Below, piece by piece: positions 9,301 through 16,846 of a stretch of DNA of 64,000 bases. Both the position numbers and the translations under genes were made by a program. Every line of letters begins with the position of its first letter. Positions within the stretch are counted from its first letter, which is position 1. The notes below the pieces were generated by a model, which worked only from the letters and a program-made list of their open reading frames with translations, had not been told where the DNA came from and searched no databases. The stretch is from an uncultured delta proteobacterium (GTDB taxonomy: Bacteria > Myxococcota > Myxococcia > Myxococcales > 40CM-4-68-19): assembly GCA_903911145.1 (NCBI GenBank), contig CAIWCD010000007.1, positions 1-64,000 of the forward strand, read 5' to 3'.

Positions 9301-10258
9301 GCACGAGGTGAATCGACTGACGCCAACGATCGTGGAGGTGGTCGTGCGCGCGAAGGCAGCGGCGCGGCGCTTCCTGCCCGGGCAGTTCTATCGGCTGCAG
9401 AATTTCGAATCGCTCTGCGCGCGCGTCGAGGGCACGCCGCTCCTGATGGAAGGCCTCGCGCTGACCGGTGCGTGGACTGATCCGGAACGCGGACTGCTCA
9501 GCATGATCGTGCTCGAGATGGGCGGCAGCTCGTCTCTCTGCGCGGCGCTCAAACCGGGCGAGCGGGTCGTCGTGATGGGACCGACCGGCGCACCGAGCAC
9601 GCTCCCGAAGAACGAGGACGTCCTGCTCTGCGGCGGAGGTCTCGGCAACGCGGTGCTCTTCTCGATCGGCAAGGGCCTGCGCGCCAACGGCTGCCGCGTC
9701 GTCTATTTCGCGGGCTATCGCAACGCGCGCGACGTCTTCAAGCGCGATGAGATCGAGGCCTCTGCAGACGTGGTGATCTGGGCGGTCGACAAGGGCCAGG
9801 AGCCGCCCACGCCGCGCAGGCCGCAGGACAGATCGTTCGTCGGCAACATGGTCGAGGCGATGGTCGCCTACGCCACCGGCGCGCTCGGCGAGACCGCGGT
9901 GCCGCTCACCAACGTGCGCCGGATGATCGCCATCGGCAGTGATCGGATGATGGCCGCCGTCGCGCGCGCCCGCCACAGCAGCCTGCGCGAGCATCTGCCG
10001 CCGGACCACGTCGCCATCGCGTCGATCAACTCGCCGATGCAATGCATGATGAAGGAGATCTGCGCGCAGTGTCTGCAGAAGCATTGCGATCCGAAGACGG
10101 GCAAGGAGAGCTTCGTCTTCACCTGCTTCGATCAGGACCAGGAGATGGATCGACTCGACTGGGAGCACCTGCGCGCGCGCCTGCGCGGGAACTCCCTCCA
10201 GGAAAAGCTCGGCGCGCTCTGGATTGCACGACTCACCAAGGGGGTTGCGCGCGTGTGA
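6362..10258 (+). CDS. Large FAD/Fe-S oxidoreductase: GltD/NfnB-like domain fused to a C-terminal NfnA/PyrK-like FAD-[2Fe-2S] domain
   Basis: CITCHEREKDSC, GCPLEE, GHRICNDCMKAC; Rossmann motifs VVGMGPAG and VIGGGLTGID; C-terminal PGQFYRL, GGGLGNA, NSPMQCMMKEICAQC. Start taken at ATG 6362. Confidence 0.85.
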   Translation: MNTVSDANNSSSATPTLSVPGFTYADLHNPLRLDALTKVFDAELLAFDAALFARYDAHRAGRERQSGPAESELLIQIATHVSRFVGKLFGVGAQLEALRDAAGRDAPLFRVKRDFVQRRVFKKGTANRPVASDFSSIDAQVQVLLKAAALLDDRARGAAGDEELLCAVVIDALLDGERAMSIRLDEKKPGALDEIALARFRSLATALGAGLRNSGGADVMTLRAAFPFLLNEPPHQLEPTKEELALSRALLDLFDRFLFALTLHEAGHARAHHWMLLRLPHTLDFANLVKLGRRIAHGTELLVGEPEHQRRRDGFKLTDTRGDAREVRSEIDYCITCHEREKDSCSSGFKEKREENPKAQLTGRRVDQGAPYKKNPLGIPLTGCPLEERIGEMHKIAGEGDPLGALALVCLDNPMLPGTGHRICNDCMKACVYQKQEPVNIPQIETRMLSEVLRLRWGFEIWSLLTRWNPLGISAGQRQTARPYAGVNALVVGMGPAGYTLAHHLCNQGFGVVGIDGLKIEPIPDELLGRAPGQSAPQAIEWVHEHFGAPLDERVTSGFGGVSEYGITVRWDKSFLDILHLNLARRSNVRIYGGIRFGGTLDIDDAWALGFDHIALAAGAGKPTIIPLKNNLIRGIRKASDFLMGLQLTGAFKERALANLQVRLPAVVIGGGLTGIDTATELAAYYPVQVEKIYARHEVLARDLGEENVLSLLDTEERGIYGEAISHGRAIAQERSRAKAAGEAPDFAKLVNAWGGVTLAYRKGLNDAPAYRLNHEEVDKALEEGIAFAEGLSPLEAVPDQFGAVASVKFARQKLVEGKWRDAGEIIELPARTVCVAAGTSPNVTLEKEAPGRIEMDPEYGSFKPYLAQTQSDGSIKLVAAAVNEDLSGEAGFFTSYEKEGRHISFFGDNHPTYAGSVVKAMASAKDGYPRIAELFEARLGSIDAQVTLGGTAAISAQLAREENWASLGARLDDELLATVHEVNRLTPTIVEVVVRAKAAARRFLPGQFYRLQNFESLCARVEGTPLLMEGLALTGAWTDPERGLLSMIVLEMGGSSSLCAALKPGERVVVMGPTGAPSTLPKNEDVLLCGGGLGNAVLFSIGKGLRANGCRVVYFAGYRNARDVFKRDEIEASADVVIWAVDKGQEPPTPRRPQDRSFVGNMVEAMVAYATGALGETAVPLTNVRRMIAIGSDRMMAAVARARHSSLREHLPPDHVAIASINSPMQCMMKEICAQCLQKHCDPKTGKESFVFTCFDQDQEMDRLDWEHLRARLRGNSLQEKLGALWIARLTKGVARV

Positions 10259-10264
10259 TGGGGC

Positions 10265-10507
10265 GGCGCCCGGGGCTTTGGTGCGCGGCGGGCAACACGC
10301 TCTGCGCTGTCTCGGGGCGCGGCGAAGATGCGAGTCGTGGAGCTTGCGGAGGCGCGGCGGCTCCTTCGTGACCGGTTCTCCGCAAGCGGTCGCGCCTTTT
10401 GCTCCCGGAGCCGGGCGCTGTCGAAACGAGTGCGCGTGCTAAGCGAAACCAGCTCGTGATGGGCTGAGCGAAATGTTGCCCGTCCGCGCACCAAAGCCCC
10501 GGGCGCC
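10265..10507. repeat. Structured element copy 1 (~243 bp) bounded by 33/34-bp inverted repeats; candidate ncRNA or MITE-like element
   Basis: 10265-10297 GGCGCCCGGGGCTTTGGTGCGCGGCGGGCAACA is the reverse complement of 10474-10507 apart from one inserted base. Internal stem 10342-10351/10378-10387. Confidence 0.75.
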
Positions 10508-10556
10508 TCGATCTTTCAGCGCGCGCAAGAGGGGACCGATCAAGAGCGCAGCGGAA

Positions 10557-10578
10557 TAAATGACCGGCCGGTCATTAA
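10557..10578. promoter_or_regulatory. Palindromic protein-binding site candidate TAAATGACCGGCCGGTCATTAA
   Basis: Perfect 18-bp core at 10559-10576; 19/22 identical to the palindrome at 54379-54400. Confidence 0.6.
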
Positions 10579-10623
10579 TCCGCGGGTCTCTCCTGTGGCG
10601 CCCCGATTTCCAAGCAGCCGAAA

Positions 10624-10862
10624 GGCGCGCGGGCAGGCGGGGAGCGGTCGGCCGACATTTCGCCGCAACCATCACGGCTCGATCGCTTCGACGCGCCATC
10701 TCCCCGCCAGCGGCCGGTTCCGGGAACCGAGCCGCGCTCGTGCGCAGGAGTTGATTTCTCGGATTTCGCGACGCCTGCGCACTCATCCACGAGCGTCCCA
10801 CGCATCGCGTACCGACCACACCGCTGCGTGTCGGCAGACCGCTCCCCGCCTGCCCGCGCGCC
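10624..10862. repeat. Structured element copy 2 (~239 bp) bounded by 34-bp inverted repeats; inverted homologue of copy 1
   Basis: 10624-10657 matches the reverse complement of 10829-10862 at 33/34. Shares ordered blocks ACATTTCGC, CCATCACG, TCGCTT, TCCGGGA, TCCACGA, GCGTGT with the reverse complement of copy 1. Confidence 0.75.
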
Positions 10863-10917
10863 GACCCACCGCTTGACAGACGCCCGCGCCACAAGGCAAG
10901 GCCCGCCCGTGTCCACG

Positions 10918-13539
10918 ATGCTTCCGAGACCTGAACTGCTCGCGCCTGCTGGCGATGAAGAGTGCTTGCGCGCGGCTGTCGCCGCCGGAGCTGACGCCGT
11001 CTACTTCGGTCTGCGCGGCGGCTTCAATGCTCGTGCTCGCGCCGACAACTTCGCGGCCGACGATCTGCCGCGCATCTTCGATTTTCTTCACTCGCGCGGA
11101 GTGCAGGGCTTCGTCACGTTCAACACGCTGGTGTTCGATCGTGAGCTGCCGATCGCCGAGGAAGCGCTGGCAGCGCTCGCCCGCGCGGGGGCCGACGCGA
11201 TCATCGTGCAGGATCTCGGCGCCGCACGCCTCGCGCGCGCGATCTGCCCCGAGTTGCCGCTCCATGCCTCGACGCAGATGACCGTCTCGTCTGCGCAGGG
11301 CGCGGCGATCGCGAAGGAGCTGGGCATCACGCGCGTGGTGCTGCCGCGCGAGCTCTCGATTGCGGAGATGGCCGAGTTCGCGCGCAACACCGATCTCGAG
11401 CTCGAGTGCTTCGTTCACGGCGCGCTCTGCGTCAGCTGGAGCGGACAGTGTCTGACCAGCGAAGCGCTGCAGGCCCGCTCGGCCAATCGCGGCCAGTGCG
11501 CGCAGAGCTGCCGGCTGCCCTACGAGCTACTCGTCGATGGAGAGCGGCAGTCGGCACGAGGAGACGAGGAGCTGAAGTATCTGCTCTCGCCGCGCGATCT
11601 CGCGGCCTACGATCTGCTGCCTGAGCTGCTCGCCGCGGGAGTGAGCTGCTTCAAGATCGAGGGCCGCATGAAGGGCCCCGAATACGTCGCGAACGTGGTC
11701 GACAAGTACCGCCGAGCGCTCGACGCCGCGGTTGAACAGCGCGCCTATCCGCTCGGCGCCGAAGACGAGGAGGAGCTGCGCTACAGCTTCTCGCGCAGCT
11801 TCTCGCACGGCTTCATGGACGGCAGCGATCACCAGCAGCTCGTCCACGCGAAGTATCCCGGCCATCGCGGCGTGCTGATCGGCCGCGTCGATGAAGTGCA
11901 GGCACGCACGAGCCGCGTCTTCGTGAGACCGGAGTCCCACGAAGCTCTCGACGCCCCCGCCCCGAAGTCCAAAGCCCAGAGTCCAGAGCCTCTCGTCGGC
12001 GTCGCTCGCGGTGAAGCCGCCGCGCCCACGCTCAAAGCGGGCGATCGCATCCTCTTCGATCAAGGCAAGCCCGAGGACGACGAGCCACGCGGTGGTCTGC
12101 ACGCCTGCGATGTCATGCCCGACGGCCGACTGAAGCTCGTCTTCGGCTCGGGGCACGGAGATGGAAATGGCCCGGACCTGCGCCTGGTGCGGCCCGGCGA
12201 TCTCGTCTGGAAGGCGAAGGACGCGGAGCTGACGCGCAAGGCGAAGCGGATCGCGGCGCAGGAGCGCAAGCTCGATATCGCTCTCGAGGTACGCGGCGCT
12301 GTGGGCGAGGCGCTGCATGTCTCTGCGCGCGATTCGCTCGGGCGAACCGCATCCGCAGAGAGCACGATCCTCCTCGCGCCGGCCCAGGGTGCGCCGCTCG
12401 ACGAGGCGCTGCTGCGCGACAAGCTCGGCGCGTTTGGAGAGAGCCCGTTCGAGCTGCGGACAATTTCATTGGCACTCAAAGGATCTCTCTGGCTCCCGCC
12501 GGGCGAGCTGAAGAAGCTGCGGCGCGCGCTCGTCGAAGCGATCACTGCGCAGCCGACGCCGATTCAGAAGCGCACGGTGACGATCGGCCATGCGAACCCC
12601 GAACTGATCGCGCCGCCGCCTGCGCTCTCTGGTGTCGCGAACTCCGCGCCGGTGCTCGTTCCGCTGCTGCGCACGCTCGAGCAGGTCGAGCAGACGATCG
12701 CGCTCGCGCCCGCTCTGGGCTTGGACGAGCTCGAGCTCGACTTCATGGAACTGGTCGGCCTCGGGCGTGCAGTCGAGGCGGTGCGCGCGGCGGGACTGAA
12801 GGCGACGATCGCGACCCCGCGCGTGCAGAAGCCGGGGGAAGAGGGCTACGACGCGCGCTTCGAGCGGCTGCGTCCCGATGGAATTCTCGCCCGCCATCTC
12901 GGCGCGCTTGAAACCTTCCGCTCGCGCGCTCGCGCAGGCCAGGAGCGGCCGAGCGGCTTCGTCGTGCGCGGAGACTTCTCGCTCAACGCGACCAACGCGC
13001 TCACCGCACGCACCCTGCTCTCTCTCGGGCTCACGACCCTGACGCCGGCCTACGATCTCGATCTCGCGCAGCTGCTCGATCTCACCAAGGGCGTCGAGGC
13101 GGGTCGGCTCGAGGTGACCATCCACCAGCACCTGCCGCTCTTCCACAACGAGCATTGCGTCTACTCGCACCTGCTCTCGAACGGGCACGACTTCAAATCG
13201 TGCGGGCGGCCGTGCGAGTCGCATCTGCTCGCGCTCAAGGATCAGAGCGGCGTCGCGCATCCGGTCATCGTCGACGTCGGCTGCCGCAACACGGTGTTCA
13301 ACGCGAAGGCGCAGAGCGCCGCGAGCTGCCTGCCTGAGCTGCTCGCCGCTGGTGTGCGGAGATTCCGCGTCGAGCTGGTGCGCGAAAACGCGAGCGAGAC
13401 GAAGACGATTCTGCGCTCCTACGCGGCGCTGCTGCGCGGAGAGAAGAAGCCGCGCGAGACGATTCGCGAAGTGGGCGCGCTCGAGAAGTACGGCGTCTCG
13501 GCGGGGACGCTGGTGGTGATTCAGCAGCCGCACGCGTAG
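10918..13539 (+). CDS. U32-family protein with DUF3656 domain (RlhA-like RNA hydroxylase)
   Basis: 'PELLAPAG', 'GADAVYFG', 'FNARARA', 'LHASTQM', 'FVHGALCVSWSGQC', 'SANRGQCAQSCR', 'KIEGRMK'. Start is ATG 10918 or GTG 10909. Confidence 0.9.
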   Translation: MLPRPELLAPAGDEECLRAAVAAGADAVYFGLRGGFNARARADNFAADDLPRIFDFLHSRGVQGFVTFNTLVFDRELPIAEEALAALARAGADAIIVQDLGAARLARAICPELPLHASTQMTVSSAQGAAIAKELGITRVVLPRELSIAEMAEFARNTDLELECFVHGALCVSWSGQCLTSEALQARSANRGQCAQSCRLPYELLVDGERQSARGDEELKYLLSPRDLAAYDLLPELLAAGVSCFKIEGRMKGPEYVANVVDKYRRALDAAVEQRAYPLGAEDEEELRYSFSRSFSHGFMDGSDHQQLVHAKYPGHRGVLIGRVDEVQARTSRVFVRPESHEALDAPAPKSKAQSPEPLVGVARGEAAAPTLKAGDRILFDQGKPEDDEPRGGLHACDVMPDGRLKLVFGSGHGDGNGPDLRLVRPGDLVWKAKDAELTRKAKRIAAQERKLDIALEVRGAVGEALHVSARDSLGRTASAESTILLAPAQGAPLDEALLRDKLGAFGESPFELRTISLALKGSLWLPPGELKKLRRALVEAITAQPTPIQKRTVTIGHANPELIAPPPALSGVANSAPVLVPLLRTLEQVEQTIALAPALGLDELELDFMELVGLGRAVEAVRAAGLKATIATPRVQKPGEEGYDARFERLRPDGILARHLGALETFRSRARAGQERPSGFVVRGDFSLNATNALTARTLLSLGLTTLTPAYDLDLAQLLDLTKGVEAGRLEVTIHQHLPLFHNEHCVYSHLLSNGHDFKSCGRPCESHLLALKDQSGVAHPVIVDVGCRNTVFNAKAQSAASCLPELLAAGVRRFRVELVRENASETKTILRSYAALLRGEKKPRETIREVGALEKYGVSAGTLVVIQQPHA

Positions 13540-13574
13540 GAGTCGCGGCAGGCTGGACGCACGCGGTACGGCGC

Positions 13575-13590
13575 GGTTATACTCCGGGTA
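13575..13590 (+). promoter_or_regulatory. -10 box of the toxin-antitoxin operon (leaderless start)
   Basis: GGTTATACT (TATACT at 13578-13583) six bases before ATG 13590; no RBS. Confidence 0.5.
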
Positions 13591-13826
13591 TGAAGACTGC
13601 CGTCTCCGTTCCGAGCGATCTCTTTCGCAGCGCCGACGAACTCGCCAGGCAGCTCAACAAGTCGCGCAGCCAGCTCTACAGCGAGGCGATCGCCGAGTAC
13701 GTCGCGCGTCGTGCGCAGAGCGCGGTTACCGAAGCGTACGACAAGCTCGCGGCCGAACTCGACACGCGTCACGAGCGCCCGTTCGCCGGCGCCGCGCGCA
13801 AGCTGCTGCGGAAGAGCGAATGGTGA
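13590..13826 (+). CDS. Ribbon-helix-helix antitoxin (ChpI/MazE-like)
   Basis: 'MKTAVSVPSDLFRSADELARQLNKSRSQLYSEAIAEYV', ends in ..EW; overlaps the toxin start. Confidence 0.85.
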   Translation: MKTAVSVPSDLFRSADELARQLNKSRSQLYSEAIAEYVARRAQSAVTEAYDKLAAELDTRHERPFAGAARKLLRKSEW

Positions 13827-14161
13827 TCTCGCAGGGCGACGTCTGGTGGGCCGACCTTCCCGATGCGATCGGCTCAGGCCCGGGCTTTCGCCGCCCCGTC
13901 GTCGTCGTGCAGAACGACGCGCTCAACGCGAGCCGCATCGCCACCGTCATCGTCGTGCCGCTCACGAGCAACCTGCGCTGGGCCGATGCGCCCGGCAACG
14001 TCCTGCTCTCGGCGCGCGCGACGGGGCTGGCGAAGGAGTCGGTCGCGAACGTCTCGCAGGTGGTCACGCTCGACCGCGCGCTGCTCACCGAGCGCAGCGG
14101 GCGGTTGACGAAGCGGCACGCGAATCTCGTGCTCGCGGGGCTGCGCTCGATCCTCGAGTGA
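13820..14161 (+). CDS. mazF: PemK/MazF-family endoribonuclease toxin
   Basis: 'QGDVWWADL...GSGPGFRRPVVVVQND..N.SRIATVIVVPLTSN', 'GLAKESVANVSQVVTLDR'. Confidence 0.92.
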   Translation: MVISQGDVWWADLPDAIGSGPGFRRPVVVVQNDALNASRIATVIVVPLTSNLRWADAPGNVLLSARATGLAKESVANVSQVVTLDRALLTERSGRLTKRHANLVLAGLRSILE

Positions 14162-14336
14162 GCGCCCGTCGGTTGCGCCACGTCGGCGGTTCGTGCGTTC
14201 CGCTCAGAGCGCACCGAGCGATTGAGTAATCGCGCCGGACGCTCGACCCACGGCAAGAAATCGTGCGCTGAACACGAAGCGGCGCCGCGCCCAGAACCGA
14301 AACGGCCTCTCCGCGACAATCCGAGGGGCGCGCGAG

Positions 14337-14933
14337 CTAGAAATTCGCATTCACCGTAACGGAACTCCCAGCATCGGCAGAGAGCAGCGTCGCTGTAAAT
14401 GTTCCGTGCGGAGACAAGTAGTTGCCCACGACGGGTCCCCCGTGCAGAGGGCCGAGGTCATCAATGGTCAGCGAAGCCGTGCCTTGGGTGTCTGTGGCGG
14501 CCCCATCGAAAATCTGCACCCAGGAACCGCTGTCGGCCTCAATCGTACCGTCGGCCGAAAGGGTCTTCAGGGATGATTTGAACGGACGACCATCGCTGGC
14601 CGCATACGTTCCCGCGTCGGGCAAGCTCTCCAGCGACATGCTTGTATCCCAGAGGATCCGCGTGCCTCCGACACTCCCGGACCACTGCATTTCGAACAGC
14701 GTATTCGCAGCGCCCCCGATAACTGTGAACGCCAGAGTAATCGTCGGCGCCCACTCAGCGGTCCCAACGACGGCACCATTCACGGTGAAGCTCCCGCCGT
14801 CCGAACCACCGTCGCTTCCGGCGTCCGTTCCGCCATCGGTTGGCGACTTCGTCCCTCCCCCGCACGCGGCGAGCGCGACGGCACAGGTCAAGGCGGTGAG
14901 CGTCTTTATCCCGAGGATGTTCAATTTGGTCAT
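14337..14933 (-). CDS. Hypothetical lipoprotein
   Basis: Lipobox LAAC, then DGGTDAGSDGGSDGG linker and a beta-rich domain; less GC-biased codons than neighbours. Confidence 0.7.
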   Translation of the reverse strand: MTKLNILGIKTLTALTCAVALAACGGGTKSPTDGGTDAGSDGGSDGGSFTVNGAVVGTAEWAPTITLAFTVIGGAANTLFEMQWSGSVGGTRILWDTSMSLESLPDAGTYAASDGRPFKSSLKTLSADGTIEADSGSWVQIFDGAATDTQGTASLTIDDLGPLHGGPVVGNYLSPHGTFTATLLSADAGSSVTVNANF

Positions 14934-15225
14934 CGGGCGATTTCACCCCCCCCTTTTTTTTGTCAATTTCCAGTCACTCGCCGCTCGTGCTCGCGAACCG
15001 GCACGCGCTGCTGGTGCCGCCCGCGCGACGAGCCGCTGGGCCGCGCCAGGAGCGGATGAATCTCTCTTTCAATTCCTGAATCCAGATTCACCAGCGCGGC
15101 GTCGCCATCGCTCCGCACTTCTTTTCCGAAATTCGTCACGCCCGCTGTCACATCCCCCGCGCACCCGAGTCCACCTCGCGGATTTCGGGTCTGTCCCATG
15201 GTGGGGCATCAGTCGGCATCCCGAC

Positions 15226-15254
15226 TTGACGGAGGGGAGCGGCGCGGATACACG
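15226..15254 (+). promoter_or_regulatory. Putative sigma70 promoter of ino1
   Basis: TTGACG (15226-15231), 17 bp, TACACG (15249-15254). Confidence 0.45.
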
Positions 15255-15346
15255 CCCTCGCTTCTGTGGACCTTCGGGCGCGGCACCGGCCCCACGACGC
15301 TGTCAAGCGGCCCGCCCAAGCGCGGCGCCAAGAGGAGAAGTTCACG

Positions 15347-16666
15347 ATGAGCGAGTCCAAGCAGACGAAGATCGCGCCCGCATCGGGCAAGCTGGCGGTG
15401 CTCCTGCCCGGTATGGGCGCGGTCGCCACGACGTTCATGGCCGGTGTCGAGGCGGCGCGGAAGAAGATCGCGACCCCCATCGGCTCGCTCACGCAGCTCG
15501 GGCACATCCGCCTCGGCAAGCGCAGCGAGAAGCGCTCCGCGAAGATCAACGAGCTCGTCCCGCTCGCGAAGCTCGACGATCTCGTCTTCGGCGGCTGGGA
15601 TCCGATTGCGGACGACGCCTACAAGGCGGCCGCGCACGCGAAAGTTCTCTCGCCTGAACACCTCGCGCAGCTCAAGCCGTTCCTCGAGCAGATCAAGCCG
15701 ATGCCGGCCGTCTTCGAGCAGAAGTGGGTCAAGCGCCTCGAGGGCAAGAACGTCAAGACGGGCACCAAGCGCGAGCAGGCGACGGCGCTGATGCACGACA
15801 TCCGCTCGTTCATGGACAAGAACAACTGCTCGCGCGCCGTCATGGTCTGGTGCGCGTCGACCGAGGCCTACCAGGAGGTCGGTCCCGAGCACGCGACGAT
15901 CGCGGCCTTCGAGAAGGCCCTCGACGAGAACCACCCGAACATCTCGCCGAGCCAGATCTACGCGTACGCGGCGATCATGTCGGGCGTGCCGTACATGAAC
16001 GGCGCACCGAACCTCAGCTGCGACATCCCCGCGATGATCGAGCTGTCGGAGAAGAAGGGCGTCGCCATCGGCGGCAAGGATTTCAAGACGGGCCAGACGC
16101 TGATGAAGACGATCATCGCGCCCGGACTCAAGGCCCGCATGCTCGGGATGGACGGCTGGTTCTCCACCAACATCCTCGGCAACCGCGACGGTGAAGTGCT
16201 CGACGAGCCGGCGAACTTCAAGAGCAAGGAAGTCTCGAAGCTCTCCGTGCTCGAAGACATCCTCGAGCCGAAGATCTATCCCGAGCTCTACGGCGACCTG
16301 CACCACAAGGTCTCGATCCACTACTACAAGCCGCGCGGCGACAATAAAGAGGGCTGGGACAACATCGATATCGTCGGGTGGATGGGCTACCCGATGCAGA
16401 TCAAGGTGAACTTCCTCTGCCGCGATTCGATCCTGGCCGCGCCGCTCGTGCTCGATCTCGCGCTCTTCGCGGATCTCGCGGGCCGCTCAAAGATGAAGGG
16501 CATCCAGGAGTGGCTGAGCTTCTACTTCAAGAGCCCGCAGCACGCCGCGAGCGTCTACCCGGAGCACGATCTCTTCGTGCAGAAGGTGCGCCTCGAGAAC
16601 AATCTGCGCTACCTCGTCGGCGAGGAGCTCATCAACTATCTCGGCTCGGACTACACGAACGAGTAG
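15347..16666 (+). CDS. ino1: myo-inositol-1-phosphate synthase
   Basis: 'GMGAVATT', 'VFGGWD', 'WCASTE', 'NGAPN', 'GKDFKTGQTLMK', 'STNILGNRDG', 'RGDNKEGWD', 'CRDSILAAPLVLDL', 'SFYFKSP'; GAGGAG RBS. Confidence 0.95.
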   Translation: MSESKQTKIAPASGKLAVLLPGMGAVATTFMAGVEAARKKIATPIGSLTQLGHIRLGKRSEKRSAKINELVPLAKLDDLVFGGWDPIADDAYKAAAHAKVLSPEHLAQLKPFLEQIKPMPAVFEQKWVKRLEGKNVKTGTKREQATALMHDIRSFMDKNNCSRAVMVWCASTEAYQEVGPEHATIAAFEKALDENHPNISPSQIYAYAAIMSGVPYMNGAPNLSCDIPAMIELSEKKGVAIGGKDFKTGQTLMKTIIAPGLKARMLGMDGWFSTNILGNRDGEVLDEPANFKSKEVSKLSVLEDILEPKIYPELYGDLHHKVSIHYYKPRGDNKEGWDNIDIVGWMGYPMQIKVNFLCRDSILAAPLVLDLALFADLAGRSKMKGIQEWLSFYFKSPQHAASVYPEHDLFVQKVRLENNLRYLVGEELINYLGSDYTNE

Positions 16667-16846
16667 CGGCCTACGTTCGAGCGTTCGGACGCGGAGAGTC
16701 GCGCCGAGGCTGAACGCTCGAGGATGAATCGGCGCCTCGGCAAGCTGGCCGGGCGCCGATTTTCTTTTCTGGTGTCAGCGCAGGTTGCGAGGGAGATCTG
16801 GCGGATGGTGCGAATGAAGATCGCAGCGAACGACAGTGCAGAGACC

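Noticed and set aside
7001..10168. 1055-aa ORF on the minus strand
   Set aside because: Antisense shadow of the flavoprotein gene; Arg-rich, no motifs; expected in high-GC3 DNA.
10265..10862. Firm assignment as retron msr-msd, IS element or protein-coding region
   Set aside because: No reverse transcriptase or transposase in the window, no target-site duplication seen, and the overlapping ORFs lack RBS and codon bias; kept only as an unassigned structured element.
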